The notes below the pieces were generated by a model. The model was not told the DNA's origin. It made no database searches and saw only the letters and a list, made by a program, of their open reading frames with translations. Made by a program: the position numbers and the translations under genes. 36,685 bases of DNA from a virus (lineage: Duplodnaviria > Caudoviricetes): positions 1 through 36,685 of IMG/VR virus record IMGVR_UViG_3300025018_000308, one strand, 5' to 3'. Of this stretch, positions 36,001-36,685 are shown in pieces. Position 1 is the stretch's first letter. Each line of letters opens with the position of its first letter.

Positions 36001-36685
36001 TGTAGACCTAGAAGCTCACTTGTGAGATTGCTACCCTTTAATTTGAATAGCACTGTTCTACCGTCTTCCTCTTTCTGCTCAAGAGTTTTAATCACAGTAT
36101 CTACAGCCTCAACAATTACAGGCACTTCTTCACCAACAGCGTAAGGGTGTACATCTCTGTACGGACTATCTTCCAAGCTGTCAATAGCAGGTACTTGTAC
36201 CAAATACCCATTCTTTAGGTTTTGTTCTGCAAGTTTTTCTCGTACATAGATTTCAAATGCACGAGCACCAACCTCTGTTTTGTTTGTATAGTATCTTCGT
36301 CCTTTGTATAGGTCTGCTTTTGCTGATCGTTTATAAATATCAGATGACATAATGGTTTTTACCATTGCTTTGATAGCGTCATTCAACTCTTTTCTTTCAT
36401 ATACATTTGTTAAATCAGTGACATATCCAGTTCTATTTCCAGAACGACGACTTAGATAGTTATCTAAAGAGTGCCACCATTCGTGTGCAATAGTGCCCGC
36501 ACCACTTTCTTTAGTGATATTTATTACAACTCTGTCTGGTTCATAGTGTGCAGAAGCCCCCTTTTTACCTCGTGATCCAAATGCAAATCCCAATTCTCCA
36601 TTGAGAGAGAGTGCATTGTCTGGTACTTCAAGTATCTTCGCAAGGTCTTTGAAGCTATCGTATACAGCGTTCAAGCGTACTCGTC
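30036..36685 (-). CDS. Giant polyvalent/internal virion (DNA-ejection) protein, 5' partial
   Basis: Frame is open past the right edge (>2,212 aa). LPD1-like zincin 'AHYEP...INIT...GTIAHEWWHSLD...EVGARAFE', an 'SHW...HLRLNDR...EELQSDW' domain, a second HExxH (AEHEVVH), a long helical region, and a C-terminal hydrophobic segment. Confidence 0.75.
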   Translation of the reverse strand, partial: RVRLNAVYDSFKDLAKILEVPDNALSLNGELGFAFGSRGKKGASAHYEPDRVVINITKESGAGTIAHEWWHSLDNYLSRRSGNRTGYVTDLTNVYERKELNDAIKAMVKTIMSSDIYKRSAKADLYKGRRYYTNKTEVGARAFEIYVREKLAEQNLKNGYLVQVPAIDSLEDSPYRDVHPYAVGEEVPVIVEAVDTVIKTLEQKEEDGRTVLFKLKGSNLTSELLGLQKDTISRDSLLDFAKKQKLSKKETDTLVQKFEEYTDQQELSQTLRGTKGLTAEDITKTYPNIKLTRDVPAKDIYGNKVIIPDGEKLTPYELKGNKILLQDGETYIVSKSQFQNIENQSIKAEGKPFAPELEGLEETVLGVGSRGSKADAMRVISENGYSLEEDMFELFITKGDEDVEYDELPLNVQRAVDTVVGNAETKSEVNYGEATKYSQYQLPNGKNYREILIRAPLEKKDIIATKNTSSVLSENLYFLTDNQGNKLGSFNAISKTDAIEQYQRQQGFKSSHWTDFLNVIFHLRLNDRKYKGKKVTFMEELQSDWAREGRSKGFDSGEKLNETNKVPFHPLVEGSKWVEPSVKRALKEAVNTNAEYFAWISGEQTSARYDLATQVDNVKWTKRPVGNPKDKSIQIFPKEGSQINIIVDEKGIINSTKADLNGKQLDEVLGKGLADKIMEKESGSLSGEGLRFGGEWASNLYDKQVKSIVKSLTGAEIEMIDLGLPVESLKREWVYGTGQGLETLVPEKIKVGLELRSRGSAGDSDNWIITDVLGDGKFKAIMKESASRGSIAEAKLLQGDASSFKNMEHLKETFDVSVETTTQQAIRLTPEIKARIRGEAPKIETSRNMFEVDPEFSIEGFVDFLKRELPELSTKSKEAERNDIESADITSAKDFLSDFKKRLKLDFDVIFVDNILADKKINPFTKEVVGRVEAYGVTADNTIALVREMAKYTAEHEVVHLTLQHLNTMPIFERQGITREKVLQGQADKMGVELNAKTRGRVEEQLALDFEQYVDGKYKAKGIIRNFFILLKRALTKFAEAIGATKGDIVTNYFDVLLEGRELNEQIVRLENKGILESYIEDDILDVDEIDAVLRNRIKPMEAVRANKIADQIEATEDRQERIKILNELSDQEVQALAVSNAGNRIWNSLENDFAVILDYAMRDVKEDFKFKLREENDKYLQKVKSQYNDLIKETEKLENDTKAWKADIDKELIRSEQVAELVEQTPEEVKELARFTKRTPPKGTLTDRGIIEVEKTEFENKEQAEERIGAYLKRKAELVQVRNKLRTLRRDIANAKKEGKNNARALRDIERRIKLRKQLLERKDYYVTMGLERGKKSQMKMIRRRGRAVRDAQDFFMVSDKKAKDIIGGRKIHLMGEEEFNDFLIEFSNRAQDLRTKLDAQEEVNAIIQEKQYGKWENLLKAMGLPSLSKMSEEQANRFVEALSKYQFGDVFLTARQLETIHRTQWGDIKTERELLSKMKEHTGTGREEMKTLTAPENGGYYTSWIRLARSHPFYNWLVGKRVEASIKAEREYIAIEEEVNKLVSNARRSRRKQLSLKGKLVELLVPTDEVVFAYIESDNKPEFAEKNKMTPEELELSDYLITLYKGAYDYMSHEYGMSGRKDYMTHTRRSFFEALKESGAKSALREILTSQREEEASFKILDEETGNTLAFEKFFGFAIRRTGGLVPSKNVARASLAYFRAFAKKKAIDEFVPEALIAVQAHKAIVGTTEKGLTKDPTFEKFVKRFINDAKGRKVWFGTKQGSQSDIAIRAMTTWITVKYLGLNVATAVANFIGDFTAIAWELSLKEVGKGALRSLDLPKVHEVNKRFRFFSGRNPFAELFDPQYNVPSRLLKAIMVLMSLASFQSNKFFLRAKMTDKEWQTMLIEDTRLKEVALSLSRVKPNQFYVRSLAGNTSVGGSAFQFGTWAIAIFNSVTSDAVEVGKIFNKRGTIEAITSNEAKKIAKFAILATLAYAIVSAIEPPDDDDDSFFAQVMRKAHRELTTLTQAIQFVTNPSSYFLIVKELSDWYKLVSQTISQELYKADGVGYGIGDPKWTRTGARLITPTALKHFFPQERENTKLRLVEEAVESEDFNPEAIAERTNPTDWNNTNGERDEKEQEEYRQKKVGEITRLYNLKKNYPDSVVGQIIVDESKNDDRIEKMIEYGNEVGIDTVYTELKTLYKDRNLCIDTKKKTGCLVSDQLFKEFRRLKNKQ

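Noticed and set aside
1-36685. Stop-codon reassignment (code 25 or 15)
   Set aside because: Long genes are intact in code 11, and TGA and TAG both end genes at coupled junctions.

Overview
About 36.7 kb of a double-stranded DNA tailed-phage genome with podovirus/P22-like architecture. Every credible gene is on the minus strand. Read right to left it contains: a 5'-truncated giant (>2,200 aa) polyvalent/ejected virion protein; an M23 endolysin; NinG; a cluster of structured non-coding RNA units; an early recombination/replication module (ERF, PD-(D/E)XK exonuclease, SSB, NinB-like, SNF2 helicase); small accessory genes; TerS, HNH and TerL; portal, scaffold, decoration and major capsid genes; three signal-peptide-bearing proteins (two of them fibre-like); two holins; adaptor and nozzle; and a 3'-truncated tail protein. 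I saw no integrase, DNA polymerase, tRNA or CRISPR array. AT-rich starts without Shine-Dalgarno sites, TGnTATAAT promoters, ATSTTATST/GIGTxSP fibre motifs and an SSADP-type holin suggest (inference) a Patescibacteria/CPR host. Most unusual features: (1) an exported fibre/adhesin cassette inside the virion module; (2) at least five promoter-linked structured RNAs, one of which sequesters the first early start codon behind an attenuator-like unit; (3) a DnaA box at near-constant spacing upstream of most promoters; (4) several small genes missed by the ORF track, including an XRE regulator without a canonical start codon. All product calls come from motif recognition by eye and gene context; no database search was run.
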